Assembly: GCA_976226885.1 (NCBI GenBank)
Contig: OZ320314.1
Coordinates: 20,832,001-20,896,000, forward strand
DNA from: Iphione sp. A-MEVVRFRX5
Lineage: Eukaryota
DNA: 64,000 nt
Direction of reading: 5' to 3'
How positions within the stretch are numbered: position 1 is the stretch's first letter; each line of letters opens with the position of its first letter. The notes under the pieces are model-generated. The model did no database searches. It had not been told where the DNA came from and saw only the letters and a program-made list of their open reading frames with translations. Made by a program: the position numbers and the translations under genes. Positions 13,701 through 27,400 of this stretch are shown piece after piece.

Positions 13701-16700
13701 CATACCGACCAAATGACATTAAGTGGTCTCCAGGCTTTAAATGTCAGCGGCGACAGTGACAGAATTCTGTAATGAAACCCGTCGCTGTTTAATGGTTAGT
13801 TCATCAGCATTGTATATTTCTTCTGCTCCCTCGACCACCTACCACTTTGAATGCTCATTATGGTAAATTAAAGGCAACACACACCTAGTTAGGTGCCTTT
13901 CCAAAGGGGCTACCACATGCATGAGTCAGGGTCATTCACCGACATAGTCCTGTAGTTAAATTTCATATGTAACATCTTAGGACTTGCAAAACAATGACCG
14001 GTCTCAGCGATTGCATTGGACATTGCAACTCATCTCATTTCTTACGTGTTGTACTCTTCTAGAATTACGTATGCGCGTGCGGTTAAGATATATGTTTGAT
14101 GTATGTGTAATACTGTGTCGGCCAGTAGATACCATCAGATAACTGTCGTTTATTGAAGAGTAGAGCAAAATGTATGTTGATACGCAGGGTGATATGAGGC
14201 GTAGAAGAGAGGTGTCGCACAGCTGGTTGAGTACCATAAAGTTTTGTCCGGCTCCAGGCACAGCGACTGGAGGCATAGACGCGCTCTGAAAATAGGCTTT
14301 TGAGACCTCTAAAGGGTTGCTTTAATTAACGTGACATTTAGAAACACCAGCATTACATCTTGTTGCTCGTGACTGCCACTGTCTTATTAACAAGTTCGTT
14401 GGTCGATTATTAAGTGAATCACAGAAAGTGCGTTCGGGCGACTGTCACTCTCGAATATGTTTTCGATATAAGTTTGATGGCAAGATTCGTGAAAATAAGA
14501 AATAGGCCTAACAGGTTTTGCCACTTGTTCGTACGTGCGATCTTATCGAACGACTGACTGCTCGTACATCCGTGCAACCTTTAATGGGAAACCTTACCTT
14601 GGAGCCTACAGTTGCATCACCCCATAACTGCCAGGTGGGCAGTGAGGAGGTGCTTTTGTTGAGAGTCAAAACCGGTTTTTTTGGGGGGGTTCTGTACCAG
14701 CCTTTTGTGCTTAACCCACCTTCCACTCCCGCATGACATTTACATGTTGCTCTCACTATCAACAGCATTTGTACCATGGACAGTCAGTATTCATAGAAGT
14801 AATCGTGTCTTTCTTCAGTATTGTCTCCTATTCGTTTTCATGTCAAAAATGGCCTTTTCGTTCGTGCTAACCAAAGCTAACAACAATGAAGCAGTAGTGC
14901 TTCCTCAGTCACAGATGATAGCATGTATCTTATTTGAATAAGGGCCTTTATATTTCCCTGGGGCTGCAACACGTGGGAGGAGGGTATACGGAATGGAAAA
15001 GGGGAACCCTTCTACCTATGAATGGTTTTCCAATCCAATGGAGGTGGTTGACTACACTTCGTCAAGTACATGTTGTGTGAAGCACAAGAGATTGGAGTAA
15101 TTTCGAGAATAATCTATCTTATCATTACGAAATCATGACGTGTATTATTTCCCCGAACAATACAATGATGAAGCAACTCAAAAAATCATTTTAAAACAGT
15201 ATGGGTGGTTTCAATGCTTTGAGACACCTGATAATAACCGAAAATTGGAGATCTGAAGGGGTAAAAAAGAAGCATTCGGAAGTCTGAATCCAAGTGCACA
15301 GTCCAGTCCAGATGATGGCTTTTGTTTCTGAGATGGAGTTTGTACGACTCATTTGTAGCCTACCTACTGCTAGCAGACTGAAGACTTCTTTATACTACCT
15401 TGGACAGCATCACAAGCTGTCTTTGAAACTAAAGATGTTAAGTCTGACACAGGGTGAGATAAACCCCTGATGCCATGTCAAGATTGGAGAGTCAGGGTTA
15501 AAACCATATAAGAACTCTGGACAGACCAAGGTCATGAACCTATTCCTTTTCCCTTATCTCCCTGACATCTTGCCATTACCCGTTCTTCACATTTACTAAA
15601 TTCAAACAGGTGTTAACCACTTATATCAATCTTTATCATCTCACGCTCTTTTGTTTTATCTTGTATTGTACTTATACAAGGTAGCATTAAGGATTTAGAC
15701 TCTTTATGCTTAAGGCCTATATCAGGGCTCTTCGCATTACAATATGCTGTATCTTTTGTTAACGTTGTTAATGCACGTTAAACAATAAACACGTAGGCCT
15801 ATCCTTTTCTAAAGTCTGGAATAAACCTTTATTCACTTATTTTAAGATATAACGCAACTGTGTTACAGTGAATTGTTTATGTAAATAAGCCCTTTGTGTT
15901 GGCAATACGGGAACTTCGCTTTGTTCACGCCCTAGACGGGAGGTAATACTGACAGTGGAGGGCATGTCAAATGAAGCGATTTGTCAAATGCCCAACATGC
16001 TTTCATGGTGGCAGGTCGGTCTTTTGACTCGGCTAGAATACATTTGTATGGCATTGCCACGTCTCCGACCTCGCGGTGCGTTATTATGGACTTAATTTTG
16101 ACCCGGGGAACTATTTTAAGAAGGGCGCCCTGAACAGATGCTCGCCTCCTTTTAGTGTGTCACACGAGTAGCCGTGTCAGAAATTATAAATGTCCCGAAC
16201 GGATAGTACCAGAAATCAATTTGTGGGTCGCCCCGATTGTTCCCTCGAGGGCATTTTTCAGTGTTTGTCAAAATAAGGCGCTTAAAAAAAACAAAAAAAC
16301 AATACCCTGTGTATCTGTAACCAGTTTCCACAGGAACTTAGTTTTTTTTTTCATGGGTTGCGGTTTTTTTTACGAAAAATACTGCGGGGGGAAAAAGTTA
16401 CATGGAATAGAATAGACAATGAAATCATTACGCTGGTCATAATTCCGGGTGGAGATATAGTCCATAACATGGGGTGTTTCCTTTACAGTCTTTACACGGT
16501 CGAGACATGCCCCTTGTCGGCAGGTATTGTCTTGGACGTAACGCTGGGCGGAGCAAGTGTGCGCTCACTGCGTCATCTGGTGTCTCGACGCAGAATTATC
16601 GCTCGACACAAGGGTCTCTGACTGATGTTACCAGATGTAAGGCCGCGTGTTGAGCATGTGAAGCACGCTATAGCCACTTTACAAAAAGCCAATAAACAAC

Positions 16701-16849
16701 TGATGGCGACACGAACATAAATGTTTAACTTGCATGGTACCACGGGTTCAGGTACTAGGAAGCAATAAATTTTTACGCAGTTAATCCTGATTTTTTTTTC
16801 CCTGTCATTAATATGCGCTGCATATATATCTCGTTAATGCCATATGATC

Positions 16850-18069
16850 AAACCAAATCTTTGCACCAATCCATACATACTGTCCGTGTGTTCTTCATGC
16901 ATTTTCTCTTCATATATGACAGAAAGGACCACAGCATTTTCATGCATGCACATCCGTGAATCAACATAGATGTACATGGAAAGAGGATACACAGTGTCAT
17001 ACACACTGACCGGCAAAAAATGGTGTTTTGGGAATAGGTGACTGTAGTTTAACATATCATGTATAGCTGCAAGGTTAAATGCAGGAGATGCTTTGTAATA
17101 TTATATATCATATGAAAGCCCTTGAACTGTATGTCATTTTGAAAACATGATCATCTCACACATCTGGTTGCCATGGCAACATGACAGGATTGAACATGAG
17201 ACACAATTACTAAAATTTACATTCAATTTACCCTAATTTACATTATTTGAACGCAAACACTAAAAAATATTGCTCATAGAAGAAAATGGTCAATTAAGAA
17301 AGTGTTCAGCAGGTGATTTGCAATGTTCTGATACCTAATTTGTCTCTGTATATGATCTGGAACACACTTTATCATGACCTGTAAGTATACATGTTTTGAG
17401 CAAAAATAGTGCATCACCATGTGCATCAGCATCGCTGATGCAATTTTGATGCATCATGGGATATATAAAGCATAGACATAACCATAACTGGTCAAAGAGT
17501 ATTATTCAAATATGACTCCTTACAAAACAAACTATGAATTTCTTCATCATTTTCATGGTAGAAATTAGCAAAAGACTCTCTTTATTACATGAGACCTTTG
17601 CATAATAATCAGAAAATAGTATGTATTAATTACATGTAATTCTATGTCCTACTAAAGAAGGTTATTGGACATCACAAGATACACTTTGAGTATTATTCCC
17701 ACTAATGACTCATTAAAAACTTTTGATAGGCTATAGGAATAACCTCTCCAGTATTTCACGGAAACATTTTAATAATATAATGAAAATTTACCTATTAATT
17801 CAAGTTTTAACTCATAATTGTGTTAATATGTGTATAAACTTATATGAACATGCTGAATCTTGAGGTTTTTACAGGTCATGTGACCCCTTTACCATGGTAA
17901 CCCAATGTCTTTCACAAACTTATGTATTATAAAGGAAAAGTATATGATCTGCTCATTATTTTTCACCAAAAAGAAAGTAGGTAAATGATTTCATAATTTA
18001 GGGGCAGGGATCATTCTAAAATCGTTCATATATGAACGAAATTCCTATGGGTGGTCAGTAAGGGGTTAA
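16850..18069. mobile_element. AT-rich segment, possible remnant of a non-autonomous DNA transposon (piggyBac-like right end)
   Basis: Very AT-rich block ending …GGTCAGTAAGGGG|TTAA. No matching left TIR found, so the left boundary is approximate. Confidence 0.25.
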
Positions 18070-20569
18070 ACATATATATCTTATATACATTTTAGGTAAT
18101 GTAGGATTTTAGCACCATGAGAGTATAAGGTGACAGTGGCACTTTATCTTTAAACCTTATCAGTTCCAAAATGTTCAAAAACTACAAGAGAAAATACCAC
18201 TTCAATTGATGAAAAAGTCGTATTGCATGGTTTGTCGAAAATTTAGTGAAAAATTAAAATTTCAATGTAAGTTACATTTCATCAGTAATAAGCATGTTTT
18301 AAACATCTGCTTTAGATGTAATACATGAGCTCTATGAATTAGGAGAAGTCATGTTGTATTTGAGAAAACAAGAAAGGTTTCAACCTGCTTCGTACGCAAG
18401 TAGCCCTTGATAGTTGTCTCCCCTACATGCTTGTGAGTACCAAGAACAAAGCAAGATGTGAAGCTGTATGGCGCGTAAAGTTACATGTAGATGTACATGT
18501 ACAAAAAATCAAGGAGGTCCTTTTTTGTGCTCGTGAATGTATAACAGGTTAGTTTAGTTTTTTTTCGCTACGTTCTATTTTCATACGATATATATTGAGT
18601 ATGGAAGCAGGATTTGGGTAATAACCTGTACGTACAACTTAATCAGTCAGCACGTACATGTATATATGTTAGTGATAGCAATTGGACCATTGAATGACGA
18701 CGTGGCTAGAAACTCACCTGAGAGCCATTGGTACACACATGCTTACTAAAGACAATATTTGTTCATTCTGGAAATGACCTTTGTACATCTACGTAGTTTA
18801 TGTGAGAGTCAAATATTGTGTCCTTCACCGGATGGGCACGTAAGAATGTCAAGTCAGTCTGATATCGAACATGTCAAACGTAATTGTAATATCCCATTTG
18901 ACTTTATGACTCAGTCCTCGAACCGTGAGTTTCGGTCTCGGAAACACACCATTCCTCGTCTTTGAATCGGCCCTATCTATTATGCTCATAGACATCGATG
19001 CCAATCGGCACGTGGCAAGAGAGTCAAGTTTATTTACTGCCTGTGAGAAGGAAAACAAGACGGAGGTTTTCGAGCCCCTGATACTACCCTCATAGATTCG
19101 CCTTGAACACACACTTCTCACCGCTTCGGTAAGCAAGAGACGGTCGTCCGACCGGCGACCTTGAACCAGTGGGGGGCATGACCTTCTCGAGCTGCGTAGA
19201 GGAACGCACTATCGGCTTTCAAGGGACCTACGTGGAAGACGCTTTCGATGTCAAAGGGGGTGGACTTATAGAGGCGGATTTGTGGGGATTACTTGGTCTT
19301 GGTCGCCCCTCAAACCCACGGGAGGGTCATTCGCACTGTATGTTAAGACAACTTGGAGGAGGTTCGCGATCATAGGGTAACCCCGCGTCCTTTACCGTAT
19401 GACACCTGTCAGAAAGTGTGTGTTAACTTTGTCTGTATTGAGGAATCATGTCGATAAGCCTGTTTAAGGATGCACTGGCATGTCAGCATGCCTCCTAAAT
19501 GACAATTTTAGCAGGCGCAGTATTTGTAAAATCGTTTTGACATCAAGTGGGCATCATGGCATTTTTCCCGGGCAGATGATACAATTGTTGTTTCACAACG
19601 GTTTTTTTTTTATAACGGATGTTTGAGCAACTGTTCGAATCAGGTTTCAGGACCCAGCCGCGTCCTGAGAGAGGTGCACAGTACATATAAACAAACTACC
19701 GTCCCCTGCTGGTATGAAGAAGACGAGCACATCGGGTTATTCTCCCCATTCGGGCTGGGGATTGTTAAGTGGAAATAAACGCGAGAAAGTGCATCTTTTT
19801 ACCACCAGGCGGCCCACCGAACAGGTGACACTGTGGAACCCACTGTGCGAATTACCATACCAGGGATGTTCTTTGGGTACTGGTATGCTGGGAATCACTA
19901 TGTAGGTAGCAGTGTGGTATTGATTTAGTGATGGCGTGGGGTCTACCGTTGATATTCACAGTCTGTCCATAAGCAAAACTATTGGAACTAATAAAGACAT
20001 ATATTTGGGTAGACCGTTTCGGATTGGTGGCCGTAAAGGCCATTTCGTGCTGAGCTGTATGTAATTAACAGTTTAGTATTCATATATTGCCGGCATGTAA
20101 GTAGTACATGCCCAGTTGGACATAGAAACAGTTACTTTACTTCATGTAAACAATCTACAGTATGCAAATAGGAGACCGGTATGCAGACACATAATATCTG
20201 TGGTATCGATTTCAGTGTTCATAGGAAGGGTTTACGTGCACATGTACGTTATAGTTGACGTTTGATGTCAATAGGCTCCAGAATGATACACTTAGTATTC
20301 ATTCATTTCATTTCATTGTATCTTTTACCAGGAATATATTCACCTATCATATGACAGGACTCTTCCATATACTTTCAGTATACATACTACCATCTATTAT
20401 TGAGGATTGAGAGACCAGAATACCTTTGGTTGTCCTTTACTCTTATTTTGAATAGGTTTCTAGAGTCTTTTTGTGCATAGGGGATAGAATTATATAAACC
20501 CACAGCCTTTAAGAGTTGTGGACCACTCTGTGTTCAGGCTACAGTAAATCTGTCTGTTCGTGATCAAGA

Positions 20570-20641
20570 GTCCCAAGCCCGGGATTGAGCCTGTAACCTC
20601 TCAATCAGTGGACCAGTGCTCTACCTCTGAGCTACTGACTG
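20570..20641 (-). mobile_element. tRNA-derived SINE head or tRNA pseudogene fragment
   Basis: Minus strand CAGTCAGTAGCTCAGAGGTAGAGCACTGGTCCACTGATTGAGAGGTTACAGGCTCAATCCCGGG has an A box (TAGCTCAGAGG) and a degenerate B box (GGCTCAATCCC) at tRNA-like spacing. Acceptor and T stems do not pair well. Confidence 0.6.
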
Positions 20642-20789
20642 ACATTTGTACACTATATGCCACCTTCTAATTTTGGAAAAAAAGATAAAGACCAGTATAA
20701 AGAGAGATAAATCTAGAAGGGAAACAAACCTGAATACGTCTCATCTTCTGTATATGAATAAGAAGTCTTATATATATATTACTAACATT

Positions 20790-20851
20790 CACGTTAATAC
20801 CTCATACTTCACGTCTTGAGAAGTGAATAAAGATGATTTGATTTGATTTGA
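20790..20851 (+). mobile_element. Possible 3' tail of a non-LTR retroelement
   Basis: AATAAA at 20826-20831 followed directly by (ATTTG)x3, a polyA signal plus short tandem tail pattern common at LINE/SINE 3' ends. Confidence 0.3.
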
Positions 20852-21581
20852 AGTTAGCTTGCACATGGCTTCGGTTATCCTGTCTCTATATGTACGGCAT
20901 CGAGGTGTACGTTTCAGATTACTAGTTGCCTTTGCTTTATTTGCTTCCGCCACAACATTTTTTTCTATGTGTAAGGTTTTCCCACCTCAGATGTTACGAA
21001 ACAAAAGTCAAAGTTCAAAAAGTTTATTCACGTTCTCAAAATTACCCTCGAGAGGCGGAATTGAGAAAAACATTTTGTCCCGTTGCCGGGAATGTCTGTT
21101 TTCCATGTTGTTTCTGTGCTTGTACATCATTACTTACTTTTGAAAGATTTGGTTGTCAATATTGGGTCACCCCCTCCCTCTAATGCTACCATTTGATTTC
21201 CTGCAAATGATGAAAATACGTACTGCATATACGACATGTATATTGAAAGCAAACCCTGGCTGACAGCCGGCTGCCCTAAAGGGAACTTGATCTGAGAGAA
21301 TGCAGACAAAAGCCGTTTATGTAGGCCTCAACTTCGTTAGTGAACTTCTGGAACTGGATCTGTGTAATTGTGTTGCGAGGCGTTGCGTGTTATTTGTCAT
21401 GCCCTCCCCGTCGGGGTTGTAACGGTCAGGGATTCAAGAAGGAAAGGGGAGTCGTTAACGCGTTAACGTATACTACTGTCACCCTAACACGCACCCACCC
21501 ACCAACCCACCCACCCACCTCACCACTCACTACCTGCAGGCACGCGTCTCCTCTACAGACGCCACGCGTCCTGCCTCAGAC

Positions 21582-21604
21582 ATGATCAACGACCTTATAA
21601 CCAG
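21582..21604 (+). CDS. Candidate alternative first coding exon MINDLIT(R), phase-2 donor to 45392
   Basis: gacATG context in a GC-rich patch; ATG ATC AAC GAC CTT ATA ACC AG|GTAAAG; joins in frame to G GGC GTG CCC at 45392. Confidence 0.5.
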
Positions 21605-23231
21605 GTAAAGGTGGAGTGCGGGGGGGGGGGCAGGTGTCGCCGGATCCTGGATGCACCTGTGACATGCCGAGGGCCCACCTGTCGCGTTCCTCAACATGCA
21701 CGATCTCCGATCCGTCCCCGCCGCCTTTCTTATACCGGCAAGGCATGAGGAGTTGTTACTTCTTTGTGAGGGTAAATTTGCACGAGGACCGTGAAAGGGG
21801 AGTGCACTTGGGCGAATCGTATGTAGTTGAGCTGGTGTATATTTGAATTTTGGGGGCAGAAACGCCCGGAACGGTTGGTGGGGTTCAGGAAGGATAGGCT
21901 GGCGGCCGTTACGACGAGAACGACAGCTTGGGATAAACATGATGCACTAAACATAACTTGATCTTAAAAGACAAGGCGTTGGTTGTATAAACAAAAGGAA
22001 TCGCGGAAGAGCTTTTGATCTCACAATTACAAGATCATTGTGGTAGAGGATAAGGACGTCTGAAATCAACCAGAATTCCGGCTGTCCAAGCTCGAGGGAA
22101 TTTCCACCAGAAAACAGTTTCCAATAACTTTTCCTAGTGGGGCTCATCTATTTCGTTGTGTAAAGTGAGCTTTGTTGCGAAGGTTACCAGCCTACAAAAA
22201 ATGATAATGTATAATATTAACTAGAATTACCTATAATTACTGTCATTATGTCAAGGCAAGAATGTGTATGTTTCATATGTACGGATGTTTTTAGGCTAGA
22301 AGTACACCGAATCGGTCAGGAAAGTATGTGTGATGTTTTTACCCGCGGATATTTATGAAAAAGGCAAAATTTATGCAGAATTCGCTCGTTAACAAAGACA
22401 TCTGTAGGAAATGAAGCGCAGTTTAGTTAGTTCTTTTCCATCGATAAGTGTATACATTCATATATACATAATAGATACAAATACACACATATATTATAAA
22501 CATAGATCGATGCACGTCAAACATGTATGATGTATATGGATGCATGTTTATCTGTTTTTTTTTCTGAATCGCGCAGATAATATTTGCACGGAGCACGTGC
22601 TCATGAGCACATAAAAAATAGGGCTTTTATTCTATTTTCAGAACTGAAGATGGAATGCCGTTATTGGTTTCTTTTTCCGTAGAATTGATTATCTGATTTA
22701 ACAAAGAAATTATGCATAAGAAAGATGCCGTGCAGATCCCCTTTGTCTGATGACTTCGCGACATGCTCGTCCTTCGTTAGTGGTCGGGCCTGATGCTTGA
22801 GGTGAACCCTGACTGGAGAGACAGGCGGTCAGTTCCTCTGATGCCCTTAACGACCAGTCGCGTTACACTCTTCCGTGATTTACACTATTTTCTCAGGACC
22901 TTTAACACATGTCTGCAGACCCTTAACTTTCACGGAGATTCGCACACCTCTCCTTTGTGGAAGCCGTTTTTTGGTGATCCCCGAACTCTTACTAGCATTT
23001 ACACCTGCCAGGTCTTCCCGTCAGGTCCTCATGAACAGAATCACGAAGGTCGCCATCTGCTTAAATACGTCTTAACTCGATGAAGAATTCATACCTACCG
23101 TGTAGAAATTATGTCATGCCATGCCCAGATACCTGTAATCTGAAAGGACGAAGGTGTATCTTCAGATGATTATGTGTACTCATTGCTTATGGTAGTAATT
23201 TAATTTCTCTCTCTCTCTCGTTTCGCTTCAG

Positions 23232-23285
23232 GTGATGCCGATGTGGTTTTAGGACAGTTGTCAGGCACAGTTGGAGGCCCCTGAG
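23232..23285 (+). other. Candidate non-coding or poison cassette exon (54 nt)
   Basis: Long pyrimidine tract then TTCAG| acceptor, and donor GAG|GTAATT. All three frames contain a stop. Confidence 0.35.
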
Positions 23286-24300
23286 GTAATTATTTTAAAC
23301 ATGCTGATATCAACATAACCGTCAAAGCAAAGTCTTAATGTTGTTGTGTCAGAAATATGACAGATTCTCTTGCCATCTGCGTGCACTAGTTTTGATGTAT
23401 TTAACTATATATGTAAAAAGATATGATTTATATTTAAAGGTAATGTAGGCCGTCCATATATACATATGCACGTCCGTACGTAAAATGAAAGTTGTCAGTA
23501 AGGCAGGTCAAAACAATTACAAAATTACAAAAAAATGCCTTTCTAGCCTGATATATCTCTGTCAGGTTAGGGTTTATGTAACAGGTAGAAAGAAGCGCCT
23601 CGTTCGGTTGGAAGGGGTAGGTAGAGGTCATGCACAGCGCGTCTGAAAGCAACTAGCGAAGGAAAAGTAGTAATTAAATATAAAAACCAAATGTCATGAT
23701 GCTGACTTGGTGCTCATTGTGGCTGAGACCTGTGTTCAGTGGTGGGTGATCGGGTCAGGTGTGCCGGGCACACACCCTCGGGCGGGGCCGCCCATTTGGA
23801 CAACTGTCGAACCACACTCGGGCGCACCGAGGCCCCCCCGAGGGGGGGGGACGCACACAGAATCAGTCTTACATTTACTCATAAGCAGCGAATCATGAAG
23901 AGATGCAACCCGGGTCCTTTTTTGAAATTTTATTCAACTTGGCAGTCCAATGGTGCCAGGACAATACATTGTACTACATAGACTGATGCCGAAGTGTACT
24001 TCTACAATGAATATATATATTATATATAGCAGCAAGAATCATTCGACCGTGTAACATACATGTTCGACAATAACAATATGTACATACATGTATGTACAAG
24101 ATTAGAGCCGTTTAGAATAGGTTATATGTCGGTTAGTCTGACGAATTGAGATGTTTGGATGACACATTAGAAGCGGTAATAATATGGGGATGGATCTTTC
24201 TTAGAACTTATACACCTTGCACAAGTAGAAGTTGCCATGTACAGTTAAGACAAACGCCTGTGATAGATGGGTGAACAAAATTAGTCTGTGTGGCTTCTAG

Positions 24301-24474
24301 AAGGGAGACACCGAAAGCTGAGACCAGGTGGTCAGGAAGAAAAGAGGAATGGCGCGGTCACTGGGAACATGAGTCCGCGCCGTGCTGCCGCGACCAGTCC
24401 CTGTATAAATGTCCATTTGACATGGAGGATGTCGCCACAGTTGTACTTCACCACCACCAGTTGGAATGTATGAG
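24301..24474 (+). CDS. Candidate phase 2-2 cassette exon, or first exon from ATG 24422 (MEDVATVVLHHHQLECM(R))
   Basis: Open frame of 174 nt from ttctag| to ATG AG|GTGACT, with a stop immediately inside the intron. The internal gacATGG start is in the same frame. Phase matches 45392. Confidence 0.4.
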
Positions 24475-27400
24475 GTGACTGTAATACGCGGCTAAGCTTT
24501 CACTCTCCGAGACTAAAAGAAGAATGTACATGTACATGAATAGAGATGATGGATGGAGCCTTGATGGTCACGGAAGGTCTCATGTTGTAGAATTTTCCCC
24601 CTCCATTTGACGTATTTGGAATTCAGTTCATGTGTTATCACCGGAAAGCCATCTAATGAAATCGTTGGTTCTGTAGACGTGACAACACGTGTATGATGAT
24701 ACCACCAGATAGTGTCCAGTGCATCGACTACATATGGTCATACCGAATGACAACCACTGGATCTATTAAACGCGTTTACCCAGTTTTAGCCCAGGGCGTT
24801 TATTTCTTACGAATAAGCATGGCGGTCAGATTGACGTGTTAGGGTCCAGGCCCCTTTGATACTGCACCACACACCCCTTTAACTGGCCGCGGGTACAGTT
24901 CCATGTATCATTAACCCCAATGCAGCCCAGCGTTTAGCCAGTCAGGTGTGGTGTGACCACTCGCCCAGTCTGGCAGGTGGAGGGGTTTTGTTTGCTGAAC
25001 TAGTTGCTGGTTGCGGTCGGGTGATGTTAGCTGTGAGGGAGAGAAGTTTAGCACAGGTGGAGAAGTAACTGTCTGTTCGACGCTTCCCCTGGAGCGTTCG
25101 CATAATAGGGGTAGAAGACCCCCTGCACCGTCACCACCACTCATCGACCGTGGGGGGAAAGATGGTGGGTAGAGCGAGGGAGCTGGAGGGGGTGGAGGTG
25201 GGCGTGCCCGGCGCGGGAGACGTGGACTGAAGCCAGCCGAGTCTTTGTGAGAAGGGATCCCCCGTAGCCCGCCAGCGGCCCTAAGAGTCAATTTTGTTTA
25301 ATGATTGAAAAAGACACCCATGAAGCATTGTCACATCTTAAAAGGCCTTTTTTTAAAAAAAAAAACCTCAGTAAACGAAAATATTCGCCGTCCAGAAAGT
25401 AATATTAATAATAATCACTTGAAGACAAAATGTACATGTAGTCCTCACGAATGGCCTCAACCGTATCATTCCGAGAAGGGCTTCGCCGAGATACTGCATA
25501 TGTATATTTGTATTTCCATTTGGGGTTAGGTGAGAACCTTTGTAGCTGGCTTGTCCAGATGAGCTTGTGCAGCTATTCTCGTGTACTGTGGTCAAGCAAC
25601 AAGGATCCAACATTTAAATGTTTGTAACAGGAGACAGAAGAAACTGTTTAATTGCAATTCATTTACAGAGTATCTGGAAATAAGTTGGTGTAAATGTAAA
25701 GACAAGATGAATGCAGGATGGTTATTTGCACACGTGCTACATCTAACCTTTAGCCGAACAATGTTTTGCACATGTAAAGTACCTCATTTAAAAGTTCTTT
25801 GGGGCAGATAAACTGCAGTTAGTTGCTGTTGCCCTAGTCGCCCGCCATATTGGGCTGAGAAAGAGCAGAAAGAGCGGTACAGGGTGGGAGTCAGCGGAGG
25901 ATGCAAGACGCACCTGTCTACAGGCTTGTTCGACCGTTGATCACCGCCGTGACATTTCTGCTCGGATGGTGTTGAATTCCACCGGACTATTGTCTTTTTG
26001 TATCGATAATTAACTCAAAGCAAACAGAACTTGATTCATTCAAACGATGAAAGCCCCAGGGGGCCATTGCTCAGTCCGACATCAGTGCTTTTGTTAGTTC
26101 TCGTACCCAAGTACAAACATGCATACACACTGCAGGATTTGTGCGCGAAACAATGTTTGTTTTTGAAATTACGTTAACAATGCAAGCGATATATCACCTG
26201 CCTAAGACATAAGGTTACGATTGATTCCGTCTGCATAAACAAAATGTGCTGAGGCAAAATACACGTTCCTCGACTGGATTCAAAAACACTGATTGGCAAT
26301 CAGTGCTTCGGGTCGCTCATTGTGGATCTAATCCGCAATACAAACGCTTTGCTATAGAGGGAAATTATCCATATCATTAAGCAGCAATTAACCTGTCACT
26401 GTCTCCCATTTGGTTTTGTATCGTCTCGTGAATTGCGGGGCGAACGGGGTTCGGCGTTATTCCCGACTAGATTAAGTGTGGCCGCCGGTATTTCACACCG
26501 CTCCAGGACAATTTCCTCACCGCCGTACATGGTGTTGCATGAAGATTAAGCTGCCCACATGCATGGTTTCAATTGACATATTGTCTTAATTGTCCAGATG
26601 TACGACCGTTTACCTCCCTGGGTAGGAAGACAGCGACAAAAAAACAGAGACAGACAGACAGACAGACAGACAGAGTAACCGACGCTCCTCTGGTCAAATA
26701 TAGGAGGTAGAAAGATTCTTCCTAGGGATTGTATTATAATATTCCCGAGGTAGCATTAGACTCATTTTGTTGAATGAAACTGTATGATTATGTTGGATGT
26801 AGTGGTATTTGAAAAAAACAGTCTCTTTTAGGAAGAAGTACATGTATAAGGTTAGGTTAGCAGGAACGTGATTTCACTGTGTGCGTTTGGAAATACATGC
26901 ATCCGCTTTGGCCATGATTCTGCATCCTGCCGTATGCTTTGTTTCCGTAACGACATGTATAATGTGTGAAATTTTGTGTACAATTTCCTTAAATTATCCA
27001 TAAACCAGCGCAGTGAAGCAGTGCAAATTTATTGTTTCTTATATAAATTTCTTGAATCTGTCCACTGCTTTTGTCTTGAGTTTCAGACATGCTTCAGACA
27101 TTGTCTTGAGTTACAGGCATGCTCGAAATTGCTTTATTTGTCTCACATTATCATTCCTTCTTCCGTAAGTATTTGATGGCTTTCGTTGTTGGAAGTGTGA
27201 CTGATATTTCTGAATGTCTCAAGACAGACGCTCTATTCCTGTGTCTGGCCCTGAAATCTCTCTGCCTCCCCATTGGACGTTGAACGTTCGTGGTAGATAG
27301 TAGTGGAATTTTGGCAGGCTTCATGCTTGATATCCCCGCTGCTGAAGATGAAAGCAGATACCAGCAGGGCGACGTGCGTCCGCCCATGGGCACGTGATGA

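Noticed and set aside
15300-15540. GLKPYKNSGQTKVM, faintly like the LINE RT motif GLKINxxKTKVM
   Set aside because: No correctly spaced YADD motif upstream and the frames are broken.
19000-19135. Strong donor TCG|GTAAGC at 19128 in a GC patch
   Set aside because: No in-frame ATG for phase 2; a UTR exon cannot be supported from sequence alone.
24911-25291. 126-aa minus-strand Pro-rich ORF (…MSGGDGAGG…)
   Set aside because: A GC/G-rich island explains the open frame; no convincing minus-strand splice partners.
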